Below are positions 49,478 to 58,772 of a DNA stretch of 64,000 nucleotides, piece by piece. A model generated the notes under the pieces. The model was not told where the DNA came from. It did no database searches and saw only the letters and a program-made list of their open reading frames with translations. The translations under genes were made by a program, and so were the position numbers. Every line of letters begins with the position of its first letter. Position 1 is the stretch's first letter. Origin of the DNA: Patescibacteria group bacterium (GTDB taxonomy: Bacteria; Patescibacteriota; CPR2; UBA1875); contig JBGSRK010000009.1 of NCBI GenBank assembly GCA_041737595.1, positions 43,233 through 107,232 on the forward strand, given 5' to 3'.

Positions 49478-50778
49478 TGTTAGAAAAATTATTAAATTTT
49501 GGAAGAAAATTAATACCAAGAAAAATATTTAGATTTTTCCAGCCAGCTTATCATTATTTACTTGCATTATCTGGTAATATTTTTTATAGATTCCCAGGTA
49601 AAAAAATGATTTGTATAGGCGTTACTGGGACAAATGGTAAATCAACAACAGTTGAACTGATAAACTCAATTTTAAAATCTGCAGGCTATAAAACTGGCAT
49701 GATTTCAACTGTAGCCTTTGAAATTGCAGGCAAAAGAGAAGATAACAAGACATCAAGAACAACATTGGGACGTTGGCAGACTCCAAAAATGCTTCGGAAA
49801 ATGGTAAAAGCTGGTTGTAAGTATGCTGTTGTTGAAGTTGCTTCTGAGGGAATATTACACTTTAGGACCTGGGGGATACCATTTGATGTTGCTGTTTTTA
49901 CAAATTTATCACCCGAACATTTAAATACCCACAAAACAATGGCTAATTATAGAAATACAAAGGGGAAATTATTTGCAAACCTTTCACTATCTAAAAAGAA
50001 AAAGGGTATATTAAAGATTAATATCTATAACGCAGAGGATAAAGAAAGTAATTATTTTGGCTCTTTTCCTGCGGATAAACATATAAGTTACGGATTCAAT
50101 AAAGGAAATGTTTTAATAAAAAATCTTAGTGAAACTCAAGGACTAATGTTTGATCTAAAATATCTAAATAAAAGTTACCCGATTAAATCTGATCTTACGG
50201 CGGCTTTTAATGCTCAAAATATTGCGGCTTCCTGGTGCGTTGGTCTTTCTCAAAATATAGATCCGAAAGATATAGCCAAAGGGATAAATAATTTACATTC
50301 AGTAAAAGGTAGAATGGAAAAGGTAACTGAAAAAAACGGAGTAAAATATTTTATAGATTATGCGATGACTCCAGATTCATATGAGATGTTAATATCAGAG
50401 ATGAAAAAAATAGCGAAAGGAAAAGTTATTTTAGTTTTTGGAGCAGCAGGTGATCGTGATAAATTAAAGCGACCAAAAATAGGTGAGATTGCCGCGAAAA
50501 ACGCTGATTTTTCTATACTTACAGATGACGAATCATATTCGGAAGATACAAAAAAAATTATAGAAGAGATTGAGGTTGGTTTTAAAAAAGCGAAAAAAAA
50601 TAACTATAAAGTAATTCTGGATAGAAAAAATGCTTTCCGTGAAGCGGTGAAAATAGCAAAAGATGGTGATGTTGTTGTAATCCCAGGAATAGGGCATGAA
50701 TCTTTTAGAAATATTGGTGGAAACAATAAAATACCTTGGAATGAGTCGGAAATTATTAGAAAAATTGTAAATAAATAA
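49477..50778 (+). CDS. Mur ligase family protein (MurE/MurT-like central and C-terminal domains)
   Basis: GVTGTNGKSTTV; EVASEG; TNLSPEHLNTHKTMANY. Confidence 0.7.
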   Translation: MLEKLLNFGRKLIPRKIFRFFQPAYHYLLALSGNIFYRFPGKKMICIGVTGTNGKSTTVELINSILKSAGYKTGMISTVAFEIAGKREDNKTSRTTLGRWQTPKMLRKMVKAGCKYAVVEVASEGILHFRTWGIPFDVAVFTNLSPEHLNTHKTMANYRNTKGKLFANLSLSKKKKGILKINIYNAEDKESNYFGSFPADKHISYGFNKGNVLIKNLSETQGLMFDLKYLNKSYPIKSDLTAAFNAQNIAASWCVGLSQNIDPKDIAKGINNLHSVKGRMEKVTEKNGVKYFIDYAMTPDSYEMLISEMKKIAKGKVILVFGAAGDRDKLKRPKIGEIAAKNADFSILTDDESYSEDTKKIIEEIEVGFKKAKKNNYKVILDRKNAFREAVKIAKDGDVVVIPGIGHESFRNIGGNNKIPWNESEIIRKIVNK

Positions 50779-51270
50779 TTTAATTTGAGTTACGGGCTCC
50801 GCTCACTAGAAAATCCTAGGAGCGGAGCCCGCAGTTGTTGGGCCATAATGAGCCCGTAGCAGTTTTTTTGGCGCCTCCCTTTTCGCTCGTTGGTTCCGGG
50901 CGTCACCCGGCCTTCTTAGACAAGGATCACCTCCGCCGCCCAAAGGGTATAGAACGGACAGAAAGCCCATGATCACGACGATACTGCCTCATAAGAGATG
51001 CATTTCGTCTGCGTGGATGAACATTTATCCGAGAACCGAGTGCAATAAGGAAGTACAGCACCAATATTAAGGTGCGTTTCACGGTTCTCCCCTTCTTTTG
51101 ACTAGATGATTTGCTTTTCTTCTCTCTTTGGAGCTAAAAACTATTACCTTCCGTGAGAAGTTATCCTCACAAATTGTAATGAGTTACTTCCCAATGTTTG
51201 TCCCATTGTTATTATAATTTTAGCATAACTTTATTTTAAGAAAAGATACTTTTAGGGTACAATATATTTA
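50779..51270. other. ORF-free 490-nt region, GC-rich in its first ~330 nt, with long perfect hairpins; unassigned structured RNA or foreign-DNA remnant
   Basis: GGGCTCCGCTC-N15-GAGCGGAGCCC (11 bp); CCGGGCG-TCA-CCCGG; GAGAACCG...CGGTTCTC (8 bp). There is no ORF longer than 35 codons. Confidence 0.3.
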
Positions 51271-52599
51271 ATGAATTTATCAGCTTTTAAAGCATATGAT
51301 ATCCGTGGACAATATCCAGAAGAAGTTAATGAGGATTTAGCTTATTCTGTTGGTAGAGCACTAGTTAGAAAGTTATCTGCTAAAACTATTGTTGTAGGGC
51401 GTGATATGAGACTATCTTCTCCTTCACTTTCAGAAAAAATTATTGAAGGAGTAACCTGCGAGGGGGCTGATGTAATTAACATTGGAATGTGTACAACCCC
51501 AATGCTTAATTTTGCAGTCGCAAATTACGGGTATGATGGTGGAATTATGATTACTGCATCTCATAACCCTGGCAAAGACAATGCTTTTAAAGTTATTGGG
51601 CCTGGTGCAATTCAATTAGATGAAGATTACGGACTTTCTGATTTAAAAGAAATTGTAAAAAAAGGGTTTGGACAATGTGCAAGAAGTGGGGCTGTAACTG
51701 AAAAAGAAGTACTTTCAGATTATTTATCTCATTTAATGTCACAAGCGACTAATATTAATCATATGAAAATTGCGGTAGATTATGGGAATGGTGTTGGAGC
51801 TATTTCTGCAAAACCTCTTTTTGCGAGATTAGATGTGGAAACTATTGATATGTACGAAGAGCCTGATGGAAACTTCCCTAATCATCCTGCAAACCCTCAT
51901 GATGAAATAAATTTTAATGATTTAAAAAAGAAAGTAATAGATGAAAATTGTGATCTTGGTATATTTTTTGATGGTGATGCCGACCGTGCAACTTTTGTAG
52001 ATGAGAATGGCAGTATTATTCCTATTGATCTTTTAGTTACACTTTTTGCCTTAGAAAAAATTAAGTTAGAAAAAAGTGGGAAAGTATATTATGATTTAAG
52101 ATTTTCAAAATCTATTCCTGACCATATAAAAAAGGCTGGCGGAGAGCCAATAATGATGAGAGTTGGGAATCCTTTCTATAAAAGAAGACTTACAAAAGAA
52201 GGAGGACTTTTAGGCGCCGAATTTTCTGGTCATATTATGTTTCCTGAAAATTTTAATATGGATGATGGTCTTTTTGCGGCAATAAAAACAATCAAATTAA
52301 TTTCAGATTCAAATAAAAAGATCTCTGAACTAATTGAATCTGTTAGAGAATATTTTGCTTCACCTGAAGAATCATATGAAGCAAAAAACCCAGATACAGT
52401 TCAAGATAGATTAATAAATGCTTTTCCTGAAGCTTCGAAAATCGAACTAGATGGTACTTATCTTGATTTTATAGATGGCTTTATATCTGTTAGGCAATCA
52501 AAAAATGAGCCTCAGCTTTTTAGAATTAGGGTAGAAGCAAAAACGCCCGAAAAACTTTCCGCGCGTTTTAAAAAAGTAAAAGAAATTGTGCTATCTTAA
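51271..52599 (+). CDS. Phosphohexomutase (phosphoglucosamine/phosphomanno/phosphoglucomutase family)
   Basis: TASHNPGKDN (active-site Ser loop); GDADR (Mg loop). Confidence 0.8.
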   Translation: MNLSAFKAYDIRGQYPEEVNEDLAYSVGRALVRKLSAKTIVVGRDMRLSSPSLSEKIIEGVTCEGADVINIGMCTTPMLNFAVANYGYDGGIMITASHNPGKDNAFKVIGPGAIQLDEDYGLSDLKEIVKKGFGQCARSGAVTEKEVLSDYLSHLMSQATNINHMKIAVDYGNGVGAISAKPLFARLDVETIDMYEEPDGNFPNHPANPHDEINFNDLKKKVIDENCDLGIFFDGDADRATFVDENGSIIPIDLLVTLFALEKIKLEKSGKVYYDLRFSKSIPDHIKKAGGEPIMMRVGNPFYKRRLTKEGGLLGAEFSGHIMFPENFNMDDGLFAAIKTIKLISDSNKKISELIESVREYFASPEESYEAKNPDTVQDRLINAFPEASKIELDGTYLDFIDGFISVRQSKNEPQLFRIRVEAKTPEKLSARFKKVKEIVLS

Positions 52600-53600
52600 T
52601 AATATTTATCAACCCCAATTGATTTTTTAACTCTTGCAACTACATCTTGGACTACTTTTCGGCCTTTTTCAGTCCCCTCTTTCATAACTTCTCGAACATA
52701 TTTAGGATCGTTTTCAAATTTTTTTCTTTTTTCACGAATTGGAGCAATAAAATTTTCCATTGCAACAAAAAGTTTTTCTTTTACTTCAACATCGCCAACT
52801 GTCCCCTTTTTATATCGTTCTTTCAAATCGTTTACTTCAGATTTATTCGGATTAAAGACATCATGATAAATAAATACTGGGTTACCTTCAACCTTACCTG
52901 GCATATCAGCTCTAACACGAGCAGGATCAGTATACATACTCATAATTTTTTTCTTTAATGATTCTGTAGATTCACATAAGTAAATTGAATTTTCTAAACT
53001 TTTAGACATTTTTGATTTTCCATCAAGCCCTATTAATCTAGCTACATCACCAACCATTGCCTTACTTTCTTTAATTGTTTTCCCATAAAGTCGGTTAAAT
53101 GTTCGAACAATTTCGTTTGTTTGCTCTATCATAGGCAACTGATCTTCCCCTACTGGGACAAGATCTGCATCAAAACCAGTAATATCTGCAGCCTGAGAAA
53201 CAGGATAAGTTAAAAATCCCATAGGAATACTTTTTTCGAATCCCTTTTGATTCAACTCTTCCTTTACCGTTGGGTTTCTTTTTAGGCGTCCAAGGGTAAC
53301 TAGATTCATATAAAAAAATGTAAGTTCTGCAAGTTCTGGCACCTGACTTTGTATTACAATTGTAGCTTTTTTAGGATCTATCCCTATAGATAAATAATCC
53401 ATTACAAGTTCTCGAACGTTTTCTGAAACTTTTTTAGGATCATCAAAATTATCGGTTAGTGCCTGAAGATCAGCTATAAGAATATACTCATCATATTCAT
53501 CCTGAAGCTTCACTCTATTTGCAAGTGATCCGATATAATGACCAACATGTAATTTCCCAGTTGGTCTGTCACCAGTTAAAATTCTCTTTTTCATAAACAT
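52596..53600 (-). CDS. trpS: Tryptophanyl-tRNA synthetase
   Basis: TGDRPTGKLHVGHYIG (HIGH) ... KMSKS. Confidence 0.9.
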   Translation of the reverse strand: MFMKKRILTGDRPTGKLHVGHYIGSLANRVKLQDEYDEYILIADLQALTDNFDDPKKVSENVRELVMDYLSIGIDPKKATIVIQSQVPELAELTFFYMNLVTLGRLKRNPTVKEELNQKGFEKSIPMGFLTYPVSQAADITGFDADLVPVGEDQLPMIEQTNEIVRTFNRLYGKTIKESKAMVGDVARLIGLDGKSKMSKSLENSIYLCESTESLKKKIMSMYTDPARVRADMPGKVEGNPVFIYHDVFNPNKSEVNDLKERYKKGTVGDVEVKEKLFVAMENFIAPIREKRKKFENDPKYVREVMKEGTEKGRKVVQDVVARVKKSIGVDKYY

Positions 53601-53614
53601 ATTTTATCTCCTTT

Positions 53615-54317
53615 TTACCTTTTAGTTAACTCTTTTAATGTTTCATCTATTAACGCTTTTGTGGAATCTATTATTGGAATTTCTGTATTTTCTTTATTAA
53701 TTAATTGATAAAGATCAGAACAACCGAGTATTATTGCTTCTGCCCCGATTGATTGTAAGTTAATAATTATATTATTTAATTCGTTCAGATTTTTAATAAC
53801 TCTTTGCTGTAAAAGATTATTAATAATAATATTTATTATTTTTTGATCTTTTGCTTCGGGATATATTATATTTACGCCAAATTTTAAAGCTTTTTTTTGA
53901 TATATTCTACTTTTAATTGTTTGCCCCGTCGCTATAAGAGCAACTTTTCTGAAACCTTTTATTTTTACTATATTTATAGTTGCGTCTATAATACTTAAAA
54001 ATTTAGCTTTACTATATTTTTTTATTTCAAATTCAAATATATGAGCCGTGTTACATGGTAATATAATTAAATCTGCTCCTGCTTTTGTAAGCTTATCTAC
54101 TGACGACAATAAATATTTTTTTAGTTTAATAATATTTTTGTTTTCAGTAATAATTTTTTCTTCAATAGAAAATTTCAAAGGGATACTGTTAATTAGAATG
54201 TCCGGATAATGATTTTGTTTATTTAAATTAGATCTTTTTGTTAAGCCAAAGATAAACCTCGGCCGTTGTTACAGGGCCAAGGCCTCCAATAATTCCTATT
54301 GTTTTTAGCTTATTCAT
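53615..54317 (-). pseudogene. Asp/Glu/hydantoin racemase family gene (aspartate racemase-like) frameshifted in an A5 run (plus-strand T5 at 54235..54239)
   Basis: The N-terminal 29 codons MNKLKTIGIIGGLGPVTTAEVYLWLNKKI end in a stop. The body (LPCNTAH, GCSDL) continues in the -1 frame. Deleting one A restores ...LNKRSNLNKQNHYPDILINS... Confidence 0.55.
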
Positions 54318-54409
54318 AAAAATATTATAACACATAAATACTCTAAAATGAAGAAGGTCGACAGTTGCACCTTAAGTGCGAACTATCGACCCATTTATTA
54401 CCGACATTT

Positions 54410-54769
54410 CTACTTAAGGGTTAAATCGTATGGGAAAAGGGCTTCATTCACAATCCTTACAGCCCAATCACCACCGTCGTTGACCCTATCCATACCATAG
54501 TAGAAACGACGAACCAGACGCTCTCCTCCTGAAACTAGATCACCAAGTGTCTTAATCCCCTGCTTTATAAGCCAGGAAATAAAAACATCTGGTAAAACCA
54601 GTTTCTCAACCGAAATTCGAGATGCAATCAATTGATCTTTGAGGTATTCAATTGCCACCTCAACTGTGGTTATCCCCTCTTCGAGAAAATAGAGTGCGTC
54701 GTCAAGTTCCATTATGTCAGTGATTTGAATACCTTTTATGGTATTCAGATTCCTCTGCCGTGTATTCAT
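54410..54769 (-). CDS. Hypothetical 119-aa protein
   Basis: ORF only, with moderately elevated GC. Confidence 0.35.
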   Translation of the reverse strand: MNTRQRNLNTIKGIQITDIMELDDALYFLEEGITTVEVAIEYLKDQLIASRISVEKLVLPDVFISWLIKQGIKTLGDLVSGGERLVRRFYYGMDRVNDGGDWAVRIVNEALFPYDLTLK

Positions 54770-54866
54770 TTGTCTGCTCCTTCTACGACTAAGCTACAAC
54801 TGCAGAACGCCGCTATTCTAACATAAAATATTAGTTTTTTCAATAAATTATGCTATAATTTGCATA

Positions 54867-55056
54867 TAAAAGCGTATAAGTCAGCTAGTCACTGATGAGC
54901 ATTGGGAAGAAATCGAAAGAAAGTAGACCCCAACGGGTAAGCCCGTAATAGCAGGAATGAAGAGCCCTCGCGCCTGCCTGTCGCAGACAGGGAATTGGGG
55001 TGGTACCTCCGCCGACAAGCGGACCCCAAGTGCAGGGATTTTTTTATAGGAGAAAA
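54867..55056 (+). promoter_or_regulatory. T-box leader upstream of valS (putative -10 TATAAT at 54854..54859)
   Basis: AAUUGGGGUGGUACCUCCG at 54993..55010 matches the T-box sequence AAnnnGGGUGGnACCnCGG with a UGGU bulge (discriminator A). There are GA-motif-like UGAUGAG/UGAAGAG at the Stem I base and a GUA Val codon at 54923..54925 in the candidate specifier loop. Confidence 0.5.
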
Positions 55057-57222
55057 ATGAAAGAACTACCAAAACATTTTGATTTTTTAGATCAAACAAA
55101 AATATATAAACTATGGGAAGATGGGGGATATTTTAAACCAGTAAAAAAAGCTGGCGTTAAGCCTTTTTCTATCATTATGCCGCCGCCAAATGCAAATGGT
55201 TTTCTGCATATTGGCCATGCTGTTTTTGTTACACTTGAAGATATAACTATTAGATATCACAGAATGAAAGGGGAACCAACTCTTTGGCTTCCGGGGGCAG
55301 ATCATGCAGGGATTCAAACACAGGTTGTTTATGAAAAAGAGCTTTTAAAACAAGGTAAAACTCGCTTTGATTTAGGTAGAGACGAATTTTATAAACAAAC
55401 ATATGATTTCACAATGGGAAATAAGAAAATTATGGAAAACCAACTTCGAGAACTTGGAGCGAGTTGTGATTGGTCTCGAGAACACTTTACTTTAGAACCA
55501 GATATTTCAAAATCAGTTTATTATACTTTTAAAAAAATGTATGACGATGGCTTAATCTATCGAGGAGAAAGAATAATTAATTGGTGTCCAAGATGTGGGA
55601 CAGCTTTATCTGATATTGAGGTTATACATAAAGAAAAAGAAGGGAAACTAACATATATAAAATATCCGATAGAGAATAGTAATGACTTTATAACTGTTGC
55701 AACAACAAGACCAGAAACAATGCTCGGAGACACCGCCGTTGCTGTAAACCCAGGTGATAAAAGATATAAAAAATATATTGGTCTTAATCTAATTTTGCCT
55801 TTATCAAGCCGTAAAATACCAATAATATCTGATGAGGCAGTAGATATTACTTTTGGAACTGGAGCAGTTAAAATTACACCAGCGCACGACCCATTAGATT
55901 TTGAAATATCAGAAAGACATAATTTAGATGTTATTGAAATTATTAGTAAAGATTTAAAAATGACAAAAGAAGCAGGTAGTAAATACAGTGGCCTAAAATA
56001 TAATGTAGCCAGAGAAAAAGTTATTGAAAATCTTAAAAAATTAAATTTGGTTGAGAAACAAGATAACTTTATTCATTCAGTTGGAACGTGTGAAAGATGT
56101 AAATCAACTATTGAGCCATTAATATCAAAGCAATGGTTTGTAAAGATAAAACCTTTAGCTGAAAAAGCAATTAAGTCAGTAAAATCAGGTGAAATTAAAT
56201 TTACTCCAAAAAGATATGAAAAAGTTTATTTTAATTGGATGGAAAATATTCGTGATTGGTGTATTTCAAGACAAATATGGTGGGGGCATAGAATCCCGGT
56301 ATATTATTGCCAAGACTGTGGCGAGATTATAGTAGAGGTGGAGGCTCCGAATAAATGTAAATGTGGAAGCAAAAACATAATGCAAGATCCTGATACTCTT
56401 GATACTTGGTTTTCGTCAGGGCAGTGGCCTTTTAACACTTTAGGATGGGATAAGGAAGTATCAAAGGGCAAAAAATCAAAAAATGGTGATTTTGAATACT
56501 TTTATCCAACTTCAGTAATGGAAACTGGAATGGATATTTTATTTTTCTGGGTTGCAAGAATGATTATGCTTGGGATATATTGCACCGGTAAACCTCCGTT
56601 TACTGAGGTAGTTCTACACGGTCTTGTTAGAGATAATGATCGTCAAAAGATGTCAAAATCAAAGGGTAATTCGGTTGATCCCCTTGGAATTGTTGAAATA
56701 TATGGGACAGATGCTATAAGAATGGCACTTGTTTTTGGAACAGGTATTGGGAATGATATTGTTATTTCAGAGGATAAAATTAAAGGATTTCGTAATTTCA
56801 GTACAAAAATATGGAATGCTTCTAGATATATACTTATGAATTTAGATGGATATAAAAATGTTCCACGTGGAACATTAGAAAAGATGTTTACTAAAGAGGA
56901 TCTGTGGATAATTAAAGAATTTGAAAAAACTACTGAAAAAATAACAAATTCACTTGAAAAACATAATTTTCATCATGCTGCCGAAGAAATATATGAATTT
57001 TTCTGGCATAAATTTTGTGACAAAACAATTGAAGATACAAAAAAACGCATATATGAGGGTTCAGATAAGGAAAAAATGGTTGCAAAATGGGTATTATTTA
57101 ATGTTTTATCTGGATCATTAAAGTTATTACATCCATTTATGCCTTTTGTAACAGAAGCAATTTGGCAGAATCTAAATAATAAAACACCTTTAATTGTATC
57201 TGAATGGCCTAAAAAGCTATAA
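55057..57222 (+). CDS. valS: Valyl-tRNA synthetase (compact, lacks the C-terminal coiled-coil)
   Basis: PPPNANGFLHIGHA (HIGH), KMSKSKGN, and editing-domain and anticodon-binding regions. Start ATG 55057 has AGGAG upstream. Confidence 0.85.
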   Translation: MKELPKHFDFLDQTKIYKLWEDGGYFKPVKKAGVKPFSIIMPPPNANGFLHIGHAVFVTLEDITIRYHRMKGEPTLWLPGADHAGIQTQVVYEKELLKQGKTRFDLGRDEFYKQTYDFTMGNKKIMENQLRELGASCDWSREHFTLEPDISKSVYYTFKKMYDDGLIYRGERIINWCPRCGTALSDIEVIHKEKEGKLTYIKYPIENSNDFITVATTRPETMLGDTAVAVNPGDKRYKKYIGLNLILPLSSRKIPIISDEAVDITFGTGAVKITPAHDPLDFEISERHNLDVIEIISKDLKMTKEAGSKYSGLKYNVAREKVIENLKKLNLVEKQDNFIHSVGTCERCKSTIEPLISKQWFVKIKPLAEKAIKSVKSGEIKFTPKRYEKVYFNWMENIRDWCISRQIWWGHRIPVYYCQDCGEIIVEVEAPNKCKCGSKNIMQDPDTLDTWFSSGQWPFNTLGWDKEVSKGKKSKNGDFEYFYPTSVMETGMDILFFWVARMIMLGIYCTGKPPFTEVVLHGLVRDNDRQKMSKSKGNSVDPLGIVEIYGTDAIRMALVFGTGIGNDIVISEDKIKGFRNFSTKIWNASRYILMNLDGYKNVPRGTLEKMFTKEDLWIIKEFEKTTEKITNSLEKHNFHHAAEEIYEFFWHKFCDKTIEDTKKRIYEGSDKEKMVAKWVLFNVLSGSLKLLHPFMPFVTEAIWQNLNNKTPLIVSEWPKKL
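56857..56876. repeat. 20-nt perfect palindrome AATGTTCCACGTGGAACATT inside the valS coding sequence
   Basis: It encodes NVPRGT. The 18-nt core ATGTTCCACGTGGAACAT is shared with 57221..57254 and 58171..58198. Confidence 0.5.
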
Positions 57223-57254
57223 TTATATATAGAAATAGATGTTCCACGTGGAAC
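57221..57254. repeat. 34-nt perfect palindrome AGAAATAGATGTTCCACGTGGAACATCTATTTCT just after the valS stop
   Basis: Verified base by base. It may also act as a terminator hairpin. Confidence 0.5.
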
Positions 57255-57289
57255 ATCTATTTCTAATGCTTGAAACATTTATATGAATA

Positions 57290-58174
57290 ATGCAATATAG
57301 ATATATGAGAAAAAATATATATATATATTTTCTAATAGTATTTTTATTTATATTTAACGGTTATTCTATATATTTATCTACAAGATATTTAAATATAAAA
57401 AGAATTAATTATTCTAAAGAATTATTAACCAAATCAGAAAAAAGTGATAATAAGCTCATATACTTAATTGAATCTGATATATTAACCCCAAAGGATGATA
57501 AAAAACTAGAAATAGCTAATATATATCTTAAATCTGGAGATTTTAGTCTTGCTAATATGTATTTAAAGCTAATAAAGGACCCTTCGGGTATAGTTAAATA
57601 TGCTGAATCAGCTTTAGAGGAGGGTAATTATACAGTTTTTAATAATTTATATCAAAAAATTAATAATGAAGCAGTGAAAAATGAATTAATTTTTTTTGAA
57701 AAATTTACTAAAGGAGAGTATGAAGTAATAAATAGTATTAACGATGAACCTGTTACAGGTCTAGGTAAAGTATTATTAGCCATAAATAAAAGAGATTATT
57801 CAGAAATTGATGATAATGGGGCTATAGTCGAGATTATTAATAGTCAAATAAATGATAATATAATATTCACCGAGTTAAATATTTCAAAATCATTAATAGA
57901 AATGTCTCAAATAAATATCGCAAAATATTTACTTAATAGAATCAATAGTGAAAGACCTGAAATATCGGTTACATATTTACTCCAATCTAAAATTTTTGAA
58001 AAAGAAAACAATTATAATAAAGCAATAGATTATATTAAAATCGCAATTTCAAAGGATCCATCTAATATTTCTTACTACGAAGAGGGGATTATACTTTCAG
58101 AAAAAACAAAAAACAATATAGATTTAAGTTTCTTTAAAAATCGTTTAGATAGTTTAAATTCTTCAATAAAATAA
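57290..58174 (+). CDS. Membrane-anchored TPR-like repeat protein, N/K-rich, hypothetical
   Basis: N-terminal TM helix and TPR-like segments (for example YNKAIDYIKIAISKDP). It is flanked by the palindromes. Confidence 0.4.
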   Translation: MQYRYMRKNIYIYFLIVFLFIFNGYSIYLSTRYLNIKRINYSKELLTKSEKSDNKLIYLIESDILTPKDDKKLEIANIYLKSGDFSLANMYLKLIKDPSGIVKYAESALEEGNYTVFNNLYQKINNEAVKNELIFFEKFTKGEYEVINSINDEPVTGLGKVLLAINKRDYSEIDDNGAIVEIINSQINDNIIFTELNISKSLIEMSQINIAKYLLNRINSERPEISVTYLLQSKIFEKENNYNKAIDYIKIAISKDPSNISYYEEGIILSEKTKNNIDLSFFKNRLDSLNSSIK

Positions 58175-58222
58175 TATGTTCCACGTGGAACATATTATAA
58201 AATGGCTTTATAAAGCCATTTT
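58171..58222. repeat. Tandem perfect palindromes: 28-nt ATAATATGTTCCACGTGGAACATATTAT and 24-nt AAAATGGCTTTATAAAGCCATTTT
   Basis: Seen directly. Together they form a probable bidirectional terminator. Confidence 0.5.
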
Positions 58223-58279
58223 ATAATAAATTACTATTGTAAATAATATCAATTTATTATAATATAAGCAGGTTCTTAG

Positions 58280-58355
58280 GCGCCCGTAGCTCAGGGGATA
58301 GAGCGTATGGTTGCGGTCCATAAGGTCGCAGGTTCGATTCCTGCCGGGCGCACCA
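58280..58355 (+). tRNA. tRNA-Arg (GCG)
   Basis: GCGCCCGTAGCTCAGGGGATAGAGCGTATGGTTGCGGTCCATAAGGTCGCAGGTTCGATTCCTGCCGGGCGCACCA; anticodon loop UUGCGGU. Confidence 0.75.
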
Positions 58356-58423
58356 ACGTCAGAATAAACTGACAGCTTTCACAAATTAGCATTTGTTTCA
58401 ATTTCTCGTTATTTTTCCTCAGC

Positions 58424-58545
58424 GATGAAAATCGACAAATTTTCATCGGTTCCAACCAAATCTGTCGATTTTGTCGGAAGAGGAGGAATTGCGATAGGAT
58501 GAAGACGTGATAACCACGTCGGAATCCGTAAGCGAATTCTGACGT
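58424..58545 (+). repeat. Conserved structured inter-tRNA element, copy 2
   Basis: Hairpin GATGAAAAT-CGACAA-ATTTTCATC, then core AAATCTGTCGATTTTGTCGGAAGAGGAGGAATTGCGATAGGATGAAGACG (45/51 identical to copy 1), then hairpin GACGTG-N6-CACGTC. The last hairpin is a compensatory change relative to AGACG/CGTCT in copy 1. Confidence 0.45.
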
Positions 58546-58637
58546 GGTGGGATGCCAGAGTCCGGTTGAATGGGCCGCACTCGAAATGCGGTATAGTCGC
58601 AAGATTATCGGGGGTTCGAATCCCTCTCCCACCGCCA
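58546..58637 (+). tRNA. tRNA-Ser (CGA) with long variable arm
   Basis: GGTGGGATGCCAGAGTCCGGTTGAATGGGCCGCACTCGAAATGCGGTATAGTCGCAAGATTATCGGGGGTTCGAATCCCTCTCCCACCGCCA. Confidence 0.8.
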
Positions 58638-58772
58638 TAATTAGACAATTTTGCCTTTAGGCGAAAGTGTCGAATTAATTACGAAGGAAATGGGATGAGA
58701 ACGGGTTTGCCCCGACGGCAAACCCCGGCCCGAAGCCCAGCGACATTGGAGCTGGGTTGCAAAGCAAGGTCG

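Noticed and set aside
50925-50940. GGATCACCTCC (16S rRNA 3'-end-like) string suggesting an rRNA fragment
   Set aside because: It is an isolated 11-mer without surrounding 16S sequence, so probably chance.
50779-51130. RNase P RNA, tmRNA or SRP RNA identity for the GC-rich non-coding region
   Set aside because: Partial resemblances (CGGGCUCC, ACAGAAAGCCC, AAGGAAG) are present. However, the spacing between candidate P4 strands (~166 nt) is too short. No tmRNA 5' GGGG / 3' ...CCACCA ends, tag ORF or SRP domain-IV symmetric loop could be built. It is left unassigned.
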